The position numbers and the translations under genes are program-made. Positions 30,529 to 44,400 of a stretch of DNA of 64,000 bases are shown one piece after another. Each line of letters begins with the position of its first letter. Positions within the stretch are counted from its first letter, which is position 1. Source of the stretch: Ministeria vibrans ATCC 50519 (lineage: Eukaryota; Protista; Filasterea); the NCBI GenBank assembly GCA_943704425.1, contig CALSCP010002553.1, positions 24,766 to 88,765 on the forward strand. Direction: 5' to 3'. The notes under the pieces are model-generated. The model had not been told where the DNA came from and ran no database searches. It was given only the letters and a program-made list of their open reading frames with translations.

Positions 30529-31620
30529 ATGCACCGCTTTGTGCTCCTAGCGTTGCTGGCGTGCGTGTGCAGCGTAGCTTCAGCAGACAACGTGCAGCTG
30601 GCGTACTTCTCGTCGGACTCGGCGCAGGGACAGCCGCTCAACAGCGCGTGTTCGCTGTCGGCGAATCCGGCGGACGGCACGTCGCTGCTGTGGCAGGAGT
30701 ACGCCGTCTCGACGCTCAACGTGTGCCGCCCGTCTCTCTCCGTTGTCGGCCAGTTCCACATGCTCAGCTACGCCAACGGCACGACGCTCCGCTACGACGT
30801 GCGCCTCCAGTGCGACTCGCCCGTCTGCGAGAAGTGCTCCGTCGTCGCCAAAGACGTCTTGGCGAACAACTGCACAGCCGTGAGCGCCGGCTCCATCATG
30901 CTTACCCAGGCGAGCGACTGCCTCTTCAAGGGCAACGCCGCACCGACCTTTTCCGACTCCGTCTTCGCCATGATCCGCACGTACCGACCGGCGACTCAGA
31001 CGCAGCAGCCGATGCCCGCACCGTCGCCCTCGACTCCCCCAGCGGGTGCCACCCTGTGCGCTCTCTCAGCCGCACGCACACGCACGCTGACCATTCTGAA
31101 CGCAACGGGTCTGTGCGTTCCCTACAGTGAGTCCGACCCACTCGCTGGTTTCTACCGCCTCTCGCGTACCAACACCGGCACTGCAAGCTATCCGTCGTAC
31201 CAGTTCATCGACAATTGCGCCACGGTCAACTGCTCCCACTGCGACGCACCACTCGACCTCCAAATGGGCTACTGCCAGGTGGCTCCTGACCTCTCGCCCA
31301 ACGTCGCCGAGAGCGTCATGATGGCGCGCACACTCACCTGCTCCGATCCCAATCCTGGCGGTCTCATCCACACACACATGCCTACGGGCATCATTGCGGG
31401 CGTCACATCGGCACTCTCGCTTGCCATCCTTGCCCTTGGCATCTTTGTTGCCGTTCGTGGCCGTCGTCACCAGCAGGTTGTGCTCCTATCCACCAACATC
31501 ACCGATGAGTTTGTCCCTTCCCAACAACGTCTGCTCACCGTCAACCACGACGAGTCCTCTGAAAAGATCGAGCCGACCCTAGCGACCGAACCCACCGAAA
31601 CTTCCTCTTTGCTGCACTAA
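30529..31620 (+). CDS. Cys-rich type I membrane protein, single exon
   Basis: Signal peptide MHRFVLLALLACVCSVASA, two CxxxxCxxC-type modules, TM IIAGVTSALSLAILALGIFVAV, tail ending ETSSLLH. Confidence 0.85.
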   Translation: MHRFVLLALLACVCSVASADNVQLAYFSSDSAQGQPLNSACSLSANPADGTSLLWQEYAVSTLNVCRPSLSVVGQFHMLSYANGTTLRYDVRLQCDSPVCEKCSVVAKDVLANNCTAVSAGSIMLTQASDCLFKGNAAPTFSDSVFAMIRTYRPATQTQQPMPAPSPSTPPAGATLCALSAARTRTLTILNATGLCVPYSESDPLAGFYRLSRTNTGTASYPSYQFIDNCATVNCSHCDAPLDLQMGYCQVAPDLSPNVAESVMMARTLTCSDPNPGGLIHTHMPTGIIAGVTSALSLAILALGIFVAVRGRRHQQVVLLSTNITDEFVPSQQRLLTVNHDESSEKIEPTLATEPTETSSLLH

Positions 31621-31711
31621 CGTATTGTTCTGAATATTCTCAATTAATGCCCAATGTACAATAATTAATATTAATAATTATAATAATAATAATTTTTTAC
31701 CATTAATTTTA

Positions 31712-33678
31712 ATGAGCACACATTTGCATCGCTTCCTGGTGTACTCTGCTGAAGGGGATGCATCTTTGTACACCAAAGCGATCGAGGCGTACACCAAGGT
31801 ACTAATTACGGAGATGTCACTCAACGTTCTCAACCACCAACAACCGCACAAACTACTGTGAAAGGCGCTCGAGCTTGATGCTCAGGCGACGGCCGTCCTT
31901 GTCGGTCGAAGCAAGTGCTACGTCTCACTGGGCGACACTCAAAGAGGCCTAGTCGATGCCACCACCGCGTACACGCTCGAGCCCGGTGTGCCGCGCTGTC
32001 TTCTGCAACGCGCCCAGTGTGAGTTTGCCATGTCGCACTTTGAACTCGCCCTTGTGTTCTTCCACAAGGGCCACCGCCAGCGACCTGACATCTCCGAGTT
32101 CCGTCTCGGCGTTCAAAAGTGCGAAGAGGCCATTCTCAATGCCCTTGGCGACGGCTCCCATGCGCGCGCGGTGCGTCAGCAATTGGCGTGTTGTGCAAAT
32201 TTCATTTGTTTTGTTAATTTTCTTTTGTAGATTCGCAGCAGTGCCGCGGTTAACGTTGCACAAGTACACCAGCAACTAGAGACACAGCACCAACCGTTAA
32301 CGTTGCAACAACATTTGCCACCTGTTCGTCGTCAATCTCGACGAGGATCGCACGCTGACGCCCTGTCGCCTAGCAACTCGCCACCCCCACCCGAACTGGC
32401 ACCACTCGGCTCCAAATCAGCTAGACACCTCCTGGCCGAACTCTCCGACGACAAGGTCTACTTGAAAACACTCTTGCACGAGGAAGCGTCGGCGCTTGCT
32501 GCACGAGCGCAGGCGGAAGCAGAACGTGCCGACGCACTACCGCACAGACACAAAAGCAAATCGAGGTCGAAGAAACCGACCGCCAAAAACAGCACACGTG
32601 GTGTGACTGAGATTGCTGCGTCAGGGTTGAGCTACTTGGATGCGCGCTCTGAGTTTTGGCAACAACACAATCCGGCCATGCATACACGACGACCGCAGAC
32701 GACACAAAAAGGAACGACGCCCATGAAGAAGAAAGAAGACAGACATCCTGCCAGAGGTTTGGGCGCAATTGTTGCAAGTGCGCCACCAGACGACGTGGCG
32801 CGAGCACTCGAACGGTGTTCGAATGCACTGGAGCGCGGTGAGACCCAGGAATGTGTGACACAAGGACAGGCTTTGGAGCAACGCCTGAGTGCCATGTCGT
32901 TCAAGGCAAAACCACGCGTGGTGTGTGCCCTCCTGACAATCCTCGGGCGTGCCCACACTGCCCTGGACAACCCCCGCCTTGCACTGCACCACCATGAACA
33001 AGCACTAGCCATTGCGCGCGCCAACTCCCTTGCCGAGGAAACAGCACACGCACTGGGTCATGTGGGTCGCATCTACGCGCACACCAGCGAGTACCAACGG
33101 GCCATTGACCGAAAAGGCACGCATGCATCCCAGCACAACACGCGACCACCACACGCAGCTCGAGCTCGCATGGGTGCACCACGACACAGCCAAGTGCCAT
33201 CGCGCACTCGGACACCACAACGATGCCGCACGCGAGGCCCAGGCGGCCCTTGACGCGGCCGTGTCCGCAAACGACTCTCGCTGGCTTCTCAATGCCCATC
33301 TGCTCACTGCACACTGTCTCCGTAAGAGAATAACACACAAAGCTAGGCGAGAGAGAGAGAGAGAGGGAAGGGGGGAGACGGAGAGAGGGGGACAAAGTGA
33401 TAGAGAGAGAAAAAGAACCAAAGTGAGAGAGAGAGGTGGGAGAGAAAGGAACACAGTGATACAAAGGAGAGGGGAACAAGTATGCAAATTTATGAATTTT
33501 ATGTGCTTCTTTGAACATTCTCTATGTTGCCTTTCTGTTTCGCTTTGTAGGTCAAAATGGAAAGAAAAGCAAAGCGAAGGAGCATTTTCTCTCTGCGATT
33601 GCGTATGCGCGTGATCTCAACGACGAGAAGTGTCGTGAGGAAATCACATTGGAAATGGAAGAAATGGAAATGCAATAA
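31712..33678 (+). CDS. TTC25: Outer dynein arm docking complex subunit TTC25/ODAD4 (apparent frameshift near 33110)
   Basis: LVGRSKCY, FELALVFFHKGHRQRPDISEFRLGVQKCEEAILNALG, ARHLLAELSDDKVYLKTLL, YLDARSEFWQQHNP and WLLNAHLL match recalled TTC25 blocks. Confidence 0.85.
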
Positions 33679-33758
33679 AGAAGAATAATTGTAATTATTA
33701 TTAATATTATTGTACTACAGATACTCGCAAATACGGGGTATACAAATCGGAGGATGGG

Positions 33759-34017
33759 TTAGAGAGAGGACTTATCTTCGAGCTGACGAGCGACGAGACG
33801 GGCGTAAAGACCATTATTGGCAACGAGAACGTCGTGTGAGCCGCTCTCAACAGCACGCCCGTGGTCAATGACGACGATGCGATCGGCATTGCGCACTGTG
33901 CTCAGCCGGTGTGCGATCACGACAACGGTGCAGCGGCTCTCGCGCATGATCCGGTCTAGCGCTGCCTGTACAATTGCCTCGCTCTCAGCGTCCAACGCCG
34001 ATGTCGCTTCGTCCTAC

Positions 34018-34084
<67 letters not shown>

Positions 34085-34135
34085 AAGTGATAGAGAGAGA
34101 GAGAGACAAAGTGATAGAGAGAGAGAGAAACAAAG

Positions 34136-34170
<35 letters not shown>

Positions 34171-37153
34171 GGGAGAAAGAAACAAAGTGATAAAGAGAGA
34201 GAGAGAAAGAGAGGAGGGGGAGAAAGAAACAAAGTGATAGAGAGAAAAACGAAGTGAAAGTGATAGAAACAAAGTGAAAGTGATAGAGAGAGAGAGAATA
34301 AAGTAATACAGGGGAAGAATGAAGTGATAGAGGGAAAGAACAAAGTGAGAGAGATGCGTTGTTGAGTAAGTGTCAATGTCGCAAGGATGTGTCGTACAAG
34401 AAGCATGATAGCAGGATTGCGCACGACTGCCCGTGCGATTGCAATGCGCTGCTTCTGTCCGCCACTCAACAACACTCCCTAAAAGACTTGTGTCAAACAT
34501 ATGACACTCACACACACACACAATCACACCAAACAACAAGTCAACGAAACCAAATTCACACACACACACCACATTCTCTCTCTCTTTCTCTCCTCAGTAT
34601 CACATTGTTCTTTCCCCGTCCTTTCTCTCTCTTTGACACATCTCATACATACCCTCTCGCCAACTTCCGTGTTCATTCCGTCGGGCAGTTCGTTGATAAA
34701 CCCAGTGGCGTTGGCGAGTGTCGCCGCTTGTTCCACTGCGTCCACGCCCAGCGCTGCCTGCTCGGCCTCGTCCAGTCCATACAGGATGTTTTCTCGGATT
34801 GTCCGACTCCCAAAAATGACTGGTTCCTATGGTAAGCAGTCAGTCAAAGAGCAACGGACCGTTTTTTTCCTGCGCTCACCTGTCCAACCATGGCAATGTG
34901 CCTGTGTAGCCAACGATGGTCATAGTGAGCGATGGGAACCCCATCAAGGCACACCTGGCCCTCGTTAGCCTCATAGAAGTACTCCATGAGCTTGATGGTG
35001 GAGCTCTTCCCTCCGCCGCTCGTGCCCACCAGCGCAAGGACCATTCCAGGATCAATGCTCAGTGTGAGGCCTCGCAGCACTTCAGTGTCAGGCCGGGCTG
35101 GGTAGGCAAAATGCACATTGACCAGCTCAAGACGCCCCACAGCAGTGCCCTCGGGAATGTACGTGCCATTTTTGTCCACCAGTGGCTCTCGGTTAGTCAA
35201 CTACAAAGCGATACAACAGAGGAATTAAAAATTAAAAGTACATAAAATAATAATAATAATAATAATTATTATTATTATTATTATTATAATAATAATAAAA
35301 TTATTAATAATTTAGATAATATATGTGTACCTCAAAGACCATGTCAGCAGCACCCAGTGCCTCGGTAAGCCCGCTCCAGATGTCGGCAATACTGGTAAAG
35401 GCAGACGTAAGGGACGACTGGTAGAGCATAAACGAGACGAGCGCCCCGCCCGACATCTCATTGGCAATGACCAGCTTGCCTCCGTAAAACAGCACAAGAG
35501 CGCTGGTAAAATTGGGTAGGACAGTCACAGAGATGGCGTAGATGAGGTAGAAGAGACAGCGACGGACGCACCAGCGATAAAAGATGGCCATCTGGCGAGT
35601 ATAGCCGTCGAGTTCGCTCTGCTCGCCCGCCATCGAGCGCACTGTTGTCATGGCAGACAGAGCCTCCTGCGCCACACTGTTCGCTTGCCCTAGTGCCTAC
35701 CAGCCAAATATCAGAAGAATAAGTCACACATGCAAAAATGAACAATGGACACTATTCATCATACCGCTTGTGCGTTCTCCGAGATGACACGGTAGTATCG
35801 GCCAAAACGCTCTGAGACAAAGATGACGGCCGGCACGGAGAGCATGGTCACAAAGGAGAGATTGACGTTGAGGGTGAACATGAAAACAAGCACCGCAACG
35901 GCCTGGACAAGCGAGCGCAGAAAAATGTTGACGTTGAGTCCAATTTGATCGGAGATTTTGGTTGTGTCTGCATTAAGACGACTCGTAATGTCGCCACTCG
36001 AGGCCATGTCAAAGAAGCCAATCTCTTGGCGCAGCAGTGACTCGAACAGACGCGTGCGCACACGAACATTGATGCGCGAAATGCACAGCATAAAAATGGA
36101 ACCGCGAATGCCGGTGAAGATGGCGCAGAGACCGGTCGTCAGGAGAAAGTAGGCGACGCTTCGGTAGAACTGCGACAGATCCTGATTGATGGCAACATCG
36201 TTGATAATCTGCCCCGTCAGTTTGGGCAAAAACGCGTTGGTGACGGCCGCAACGGCAAGTGCTACAAAGCCAACAAGGAGAATAGGCAGGTCGGGACGCG
36301 ACAAGCGCAACAGACCCATCAGACTGGCGCGCTTCGTCTTCCCGCCCGACCGTTTCGCCTTCTCCACACGTTCCTTCTCTCTCGCCTTCTCCGACTTTTT
36401 CTTGCCATCCACATCCAACTCACTCTCGTCATCGCTCTCGTGATCCGACACGTCCACCTCGACCCAGCCCTTGGCGTTTCCGCGCGGCTTTTGCGTGCGC
36501 CTTTGTCGACGCAACAACTGCGACTGCGCATCGTCTTCATCACCATCGCTACTCTCGCTTGCCTCGAGACGATCGCCCCCGTTGATGTCGATCACGTGCA
36601 CATCCCCATTGCTGTTGATCTTCGACGACTTTCGATCGCCCCGCTGGCGACAGCGATGCCGCCGCCGCCGCAGTCGACACGATCGGCGGGCGAGACGTTC
36701 GCAGTGCACCAGCGCACGCGCGACCAGCGCGTCCGTCACAAACAGCGACACGGTCACGTAGGCGATGGTACCCCAAAAGAGACCATCCGCAGGCACATAC
36801 ATGCCTGCGCCGTCGACCAGTCGCGCCATGCACTTCACAAAGAGGTAAGCGAAGAAGAGCGCCACAAACGTATGCATGAACATGCGCAGCCGCTGCCAAC
36901 GCTCCATGGGCGCGTGCCGTCGTGCCGTCACTATGGCAATGTGAAATGCCCATACAGCAGTCGTGTGCAACCCCGTAAGCACGAGAACGTCCACGAGAGC
37001 GCCGCCTAGAGTGAACGATGTCACGTTGCGTAACACGTCAACAATGTTGCGTTGCCACTCAGCAAACGCATCGGAAGAGAGCAGCAACACTGCAATCAGC
37101 TCGAGGGTTGCAAGAATGGCCGCAGCACCCGATGTGCGAAGCGGATGCTTCAT
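33759..37153 (-). CDS. ABC-B half transporter (ABCB9/TAP-like) with extra N-terminal TM domain
   Basis: Walker [10 protein letters not shown]-loop MVGQEP, signature [30 protein letters not shown]; TMD with [10 protein letters not shown]...GDITSRL. Confidence 0.93.
34020..34360. repeat. (GA)n plus AAAGTGATAGAGAG array in ABC transporter intron
   Basis: Multiple aaagtgatag cores separated by GA runs. Confidence 0.95.
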
Positions 37154-37368
37154 GGGGAAAAAAAGAGTGACAGACTCAGACAGAGGCAGCACCGATTGGC
37201 GATTGGCGATTTGAGATTTCGGATGACGAATTTTTCGAATTTTGGTGCGAAATTGTTTTCATTCCTTCAAAGATCTCATCTCATTTAAAACCATCGTTTT
37301 CAATAAAATAATGCGTAATCTGTATAGTATTCATCACGGTAGTGTATCGCAAGATAAGGAGGGGGGGG

Positions 37369-40342
37369 TTAGGCAGAAGATTCGTGGTCAAAGGAGTCGG
37401 GATCGTCGAGGAACTCTTCGCCACCCTCAAGAAGAACGACCGGGAAGACACCACAGGTGCCGTTGCGCAGTCGACCCTCTACGTAGCCATCTTCTTTGCT
37501 GCAATTGATAATAGACAAACGTAAGAAGTCTCTCTGGTTATGTTTTGGAGCGTACCCTTGTTCAATAGTGTCGTAGAACACAAAGACTTGGTCGCCCGCG
37601 TCAAAGGTGAGTTCGTCGTCCGCCTCTGCTTCGTTCTCGTACGCCGCAATCACTGATAATAACAATAATCACACGTTGAATGAGGGGATGTCCAAGAGAG
37701 AAAAATGAATTTGCGTACTAAGGATGGTTCTACGCTCGGTCGTAACGGGCGGAGGGGTATGTGCGGGTTGTGTGAGCACCAGCGTGGGCTTTGGTTTTTG
37801 TTGGGTCGGCGGTGACATGGGCGGAGGTGGTTTGAAGGAGGGCAGCGAGGGACGGTTGCCGCTAGTGGACGACAACAGGGGAGTCGCCGGAGAAGCTGCT
37901 GCTGCTGCTGCTGCTGCTGCTGTGGTGGTGGTGGTGGTGGTGGTGGTGGTGGCGGTAGTCGCTGCGGGTGCTGGTGTGGTTTTAATTTTTTTCGTCGTTG
38001 CGGCCACTGGTGGAACTGGAGTGCTTTTGGAAAAGTCCGCGGTATGATGAAGGGGTGACGTGGTGTCGGAGGAGACGACGTAGTGTGAGGAAGGGCGAGG
38101 GCGCGCTGAAGAGGAGCGGGAGGTGCGGGAGGAGGAGGTCGATGAGGAAGACGGGGCGGGTGGTGTGACTGCGACGGGAGCCGGGATCGGTTTGGTAGGA
38201 GAGTGCGAGGCAATGGCGGCAGTCGGCGTTGGTTTGGTAACAGGGTGCGAAGCAATTGAGGCAGCCGCGGCAGAGATCGCGGCGGTAACGCCAACGGGAG
38301 CGGAGGGAGGCGAAGGGCAGTTGGCATCAACGAGGGGCGACGAGGTGTTTGATCGGTCACGGACGGGCTCGGGGGTGACACTGCCACTGGTAGGATGGAT
38401 TTGAATGGAAGGAGGGTCAACGGGTGCCAGGTGAGAGATACTGCCAATGGTCGACGAGCGACTGCGTAGCATCTCCTCTTGAATGTACTCAACATATGAC
38501 TCCGGAAAGAGCCCTGTTGTGCCTCCCTCGTTGCTGCCACGCAGCCACCCATCGCCCATATCCTCAATGACAGTCAGAATCTCATCTTCAGCAATGTCCA
38601 GCTCATCGACATGTTGTGAGCGATAAACAAAAATGGCACGGCAGCGACGCTTCACTGCCGGATGCGAAGGCACTGACAGTCCCCGGTTGCTCTGTGTGTC
38701 GTCGTCGTCGCCATAGTCAGATTTGATGTCATCCATGGCCACGCCATCCACATGCACTAAAATCATAGTGTGAGGGTGTGTGTGAGAGAGAGGGAGAAAG
38801 AGAGAGAACAATGATTTTAAATAAAAACAAAGTGAAGAAAGAGAGAAAGAAACAAAATGATAGATAGAAAGTATTAAAAACCTAAGTGATCAGAATCTCA
38901 AAAAAGTTCTTACAGCCAATATCTTCGAGTGCGTTGATGGACTCTTGAGCTTTGGAGCGCATGACATTCAAGAAGCGGATCATCTCCCGATTGGCCGTTG
39001 CTTCTAAACGCGACTTCTCTAGTGTCTCCTGATCGCAAAATTCAGGCTAGAAAGAAAAGAACAAATGAGTGGTGTCGGAATTATTTATGACTATTGTTCT
39101 CCTTCTCTCTTCCTGACCTGTTTTTCGTATTGGTCCAACAAAGTCTCAACGCCAACTAGAGTCTTTTCTTTGCTCGCAATTCTCCGGTCAATTTTGGCCA
39201 CTTCACCAACCAAATGAGTCAATTGCTTTGTCAGCTCCACGGTCGATACGTCGTCCAACACAAAATTCTTCACCTAGACACACACACACACAGTATCAGT
39301 AAGTAAATGTGCACTTGGGAGGCAATTATTCCTAGTTACTGTGTCTGTCTCAAGCGGCAGGAATACAATGGGTGGCGGCTCAGCAAAATCTTTTTGGTTG
39401 TCCAGTAGAAAAACATTGTTCTCAAAGGCCTGGTCAACAAGAGACACTGCACTTGCCATGCGTTGCATCTGTTCCTGTCCGTTGCTGTACAGCTCACGGT
39501 AGATGGTGGTCAGGTTGGTCAGGTCTGTCCGGATTCCGTCGAAGAACGGTCCATCAATAAACTACGTAAACAGTGTTAGAGAACGACAGAACAAAAGAAA
39601 GATAGGTACTGAGAAAAACAGAGAAAAAAAAGTTGGAAAGCGCGAAAACAAAGACGTACTATAGGGAGAGGAAATCAAGCAATTGAAATCCAATCCAACA
39701 CACATCAGTGTATCATATTTGTAACGCACAATATCACATTTCACAATCATTATAGCATCACATTGAGCACCCACAATTACACTTGATGCGTCGCCCACTC
39801 ATGTACCTCCTCCAACTGGGGCAGGTCCGTGCGGTAGTAGCGCACCATGTGTCCGTTGGCTGCCGCCACTGCCAACATATAGTCGTGCCTCGCAAACTGA
39901 CTGCGCCGCTCGCACAGTGTCCGTTTTGCCTCTGCTCGCTTCAGCTTCTTCTCAAGGTCCGATTTTGACTGAAAGAACCTACCAAAAACAAAATAATATG
40001 CAAAAAAGGTTCATCAAAACATATACATTACCATTTTGAAGAATCAGATTGTTCATACCCTTTAGAGTTCTTTTTCAGTTTGTCCTCAATCTCATCAAAC
40101 TTTGTCCGCGACACCTCGGCAACCTTCTCCAGCTCCATATATGCCTTGCGCGCCTACACATACATATATACGTATATAGATAGATAGAAGATATACACAT
40201 ATATGAGGTTAACGCATGTCAAGTACGTTTCGGGTCGTTGTGCAGACAAAGAGGCTCTTCTCTCTTCCTTTCCTTCCCATTCCCTCGCCAGGCTTAATAT
40301 ATACATATATATCTCTCTTTCTATCACTCTCTCACTCTCTCA

Positions 40343-40384
<42 letters not shown>

Positions 40385-41244
40385 ATCACTTTGTTTCTCG
40401 CTCTATTTTCTGCTGACCTTGTCCAGCTCGGCAAAGGTCTTTTGAACTTCCTCTTGCATGTGATGGTGCACCTCGACACCGCGCTTCAAAAGCCCCTTCT
40501 TTGTCACCGCCAGCTGCTTCAGTGGTTCAACTACTTGTGACTCAATCGCCTCGGCCACGCTCTGTGAGTATCGCGCTCTCTCAGCCTGCAGAATCAACAA
40601 CAAGACACACACACACACACACACAAAAAAAGAATCGAAAGAGTTTGAATGGCAAGACGAAAAACGCTTCGAGTCAGCGCCATTACGGTTTCTTCAAGGA
40701 CCAATTTCCAGCAGGTGGTCACGGTCTTCCTCTCAATGTTGTCCGCAGTGGGAATCATCGGATTCTTCGGCCAGCCTTTCTTCTTGAGCACGCTGGCGGT
40801 CGCCTTGCCCAGCGCCGACGAATACTCCGCCTCGATCTTCGCCACCTGGTGCATAAACGACCGCATTTCCTCAACCAGCTCTACACGATCAGTCCTTCAG
40901 AAGCATACCCTCCTCCCACACACATATGCGTCCGCTCAAAATTCCCATGTCGCTCTTTTTGAGGTTTGACGAGGTGAAAAAAAAAAAAAAAAACATAGCG
41001 GCGCTTGTTTTCAGACTGCTGTACCTTCTTCAGCGCCACCCTTCTGCTGAATCAGACGCAGTTGATCAGGCATCACCTGGGCGAACAGCGACGAGTCCAA
41101 ATCCTTGCGGCGGGCGCTGCACAGACGCGATTAAGACGCAATGGCGAGTGTGGGCCCAAGGCGACGCCCGGTCGCTTACCTCGTCCGTAAGGTGCCGAAA
41201 TTGGCAATGCCACTTACCGCTCTACGAGCTGTCGGGCGGTCCAT
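37369..41244 (-). CDS. F-BAR protein with HR1-like coil and two SH3 domains (FCHSD/Nervous wreck-like)
   Basis: F-BAR EEMRSFMHQVAKIEAEYSSALGK; SH3-1 CRAIFVY...DELDIAEDE...GDGWLRG...GLFPESYVE; SH3-2 AAYENEAEADDELTF...DGYVEGRL...GVFP; start codon uncertain. Confidence 0.8.
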
Positions 41245-41496
41245 TGCAGAAAAAATTGTTATTTGTGGACACTTAACACTTTAAACTTTTCGTGTTAATT
41301 AATTGTCTTTTGATGACTGTGATTTGAGTTTTGACTCAGTTCAGTTTAGACTTCAGACTTTCTTTTTTCTTATTTGCGACCACGCAAGGCGCATTCAGTT
41401 CTCCTCATACCCTGTGCTGATTCCACACTCTGAGCCAGACAGCTTTCGGCGCCATTCCCCTCGGCCGGCCTTGTTTGCGCGTGTGATTTCATCATC

Positions 41497-44400
41497 ATGC
41501 CAAAGCGAAAGCCGACCGTGTCGCCTCGGACGCGAACCGGGTCGTCTCGTGGCGCCACTGCAGCTGCTGCGTGCACACGATCGACTGGCGGCGGCGGCGA
41601 CGACGACGACGACGATGTGATCATGGTTGACGACGGCAACGAGGAGAGCGACGGCGGAGGAGGGGCGCAAGACGACGTCGAGCAGAGCCAAGACGACGAT
41701 GTGGTGTGTCTCGACCCGCCCCCACACAAGCAGCCGCGCCGCAATGCCGCCGCTGACCAGCCAGCAGAGTTTATGTTTCACGCGTCTATGCAGGCTGTGC
41801 GCTCCGCCGACGTGGGCGCTCGCATGCACTTTGTGGTGGCCCCTCAACACGATGCAGTGTACCTGTTTCACTCGATGGGAGACCGTCAACGTGTTGGCTA
41901 CCTCTCGGGCGCCCTCGTGCCTGCCATCACCGAAATGTTTGCTGACGAGCACCACTTGGTTGTATCGGCGGTCGTGGCGAGTCGTGACTCGCTGCCGCCT
42001 CAATACGTCGAGTCAAACGCTTGCTCGACGGCTTTCTCCGCTCGTGTCATTGGGTCCACCACCTCCTGCATTCGTGCCATGCGCCATCTCAACGCCTGCG
42101 GCACACTCATCATTACGACAGACACACGACTACGCGCGGCGCTCGACGTCATGGAGCAACAGCAGCAACATTCACAGAGACGTGTCCAACCTCCACCTAA
42201 AACGAGCCGTTCCACCACCGCCACCGCCACCGGCGCCACTGCCACACCAACCATTTCCGCCAGTCGCACCTACCTCATGGGATTTCCTTACAAGATGCGT
42301 TTGCTTCGTCAAACTCCCGCGCCCAGCGACGTGTTGCCTTTCATCTTGCAGTACGATCGTCGTCGTCCCGAAAACTCCGTCATTTCCATCAGCTCAATGG
42401 AACGCGTGCCCATGGGTCATGTAGACCGTCGTCTTACGCGTGTCATGGCCTCCCTAATGTATGCCAACGACGTCCGTCTTGTAGCCACGGTGCTCGCTCG
42501 CGACGGCCATTCATCCATACCCTGTCTCGACACCGAATGTCCTCTCTCGGTGCGCGTGTACGGGCACCCGAGCCTCTCGCGCACCGTTCACGACGCCCTC
42601 ACCTCCGTCGGCGTTCAGGTCGTAATCGAATCCTCCCTCGACCGCCTTGCACAACACCCTTCCCGCTCACCTCTCTCCAATTCACCCGCCTCGTCCAGTA
42701 CAAACTCGCCGGCGGGCACTGTCGACGCCAGCGCTACTTCTGCAGGGTCGGCAGCAGGCCCGTATGGCAGCAACGGCGGTGCTACCGACCACACCCGCCA
42801 CCTTCCTGCAAGTATTACATCCACCACCACCACCACTACCGAGGCACCCTCGGGCACTTCGCAAACTGTGTACAACAATGGGCAAATCCCCACAGTGGTC
42901 GACTCGATGATCCAAACGGCGCGCGACCTCGCCACCATGCCCAAGGCCACCCAGCCCGATCGTTTGCGTACCTCTCTTCTTCCCTACCAACGTCAGGGGC
43001 TACAGTGGCTCCTCGATCGAGAGCACCCTCCACTCCCCACCTTAGACACTCCCCAGTTCTTCTGGTCGTTCCGTCCCACTCAGTATGTCAACACCACCAC
43101 GGGCAATGTCTACCACAACTCCCTTACCGACGCCGAAGTCATCTTGCCCCCACGTCTTCCTCGCGGCGGAATTCTTGCCGACGACATGGGTCTTGGAAAG
43201 GTACCACAAAGACGAAGAACAAAAAAACCTTCCCATTAGAATTTTAATTATTATTATTATTATTAATTATTATTATTATTATTCTTATTCTTATTCTTAT
43301 TCTTATTTTTATTATTATTATTATCATTATTAATTATTATTATTATTATTATTATTATTCTTATTCTTATTTTTATTATTATTATTATCATTATTAATTA
43401 TTATTATTTTTATTATTATTATTATCATTATTAATTATTATTATTATTATTATTCTATTTCTTATTTTTATTATTATTATTATCATTATTAATTATTATT
43501 ATTATTATTATTATTATTCTTATTCTTATTTTTATTATTATTATTTTGACTTTCATCATCATACTTATTATAGACGATTCAATTTATTGGATTGATGGTG
43601 TCTGATCCGTCGGGTACGGGTCTTGTGGCGCAACCACGACCACCGGTACATGGCACAGTACGCACCACACTTGTTGTGTGTCCCCTGAGTGTGGTGAGTA
43701 CGTGGGTGGAACAGATTCGACAGCACGTCGTTCCCGAACGCTTTCTACGTCAGTTTGTGTTTCACGGCACCAGTCGAACGTCCTGCTCCATCAACGACCT
43801 TACCTCATACGACGTCGTCATCACCACTTATCAGATTGTGAGTAGCGAGCATGCGCTTTATCTTGAAGACCTTGCTGCCGAAAATGCGGGTGGAACGGGT
43901 GCCAGTGGCTGTGCGAGTGGCACTGCTACATCCACAGCCGGTGCAAAAGCCTCAGTATCGGGTCGCGGCAGTCCCAATGGTGCGGTTGGGGCACGCAACA
44001 AGCGAGGCCATCGTAGTTTGCTGCATCGCATTCGCTGGCTGCGTGTTATTCTTGACGAGGGACACGCCATCAAGAGCCGTCAGACGAAGCAATCCATTGC
44101 GGCGTGTGCTCTGGACGCCGACCGATACTGGGTGACGACTGGTACGCCCATTCAAAATCGTCTTGACGACCTCTACGCTCTTGTCAAGTTTCTGCACGCC
44201 CAGCCACTGGACAACCGCGACGAGTTTACGCGTCTCATTGCACGTCCGCTCACGTCCAATGTCGAGTCGACACGCCAAGCTGCCATGCATCGTCTGCAGG
44301 GTTTGGTCACCTTCTTGTGTCTGCGTCGTCACAAATCTACCGAGATTTTGGGCCAGAAGATTCTTACGTTGCCCGAGAAACACATCTCCATTGAGTGGCT

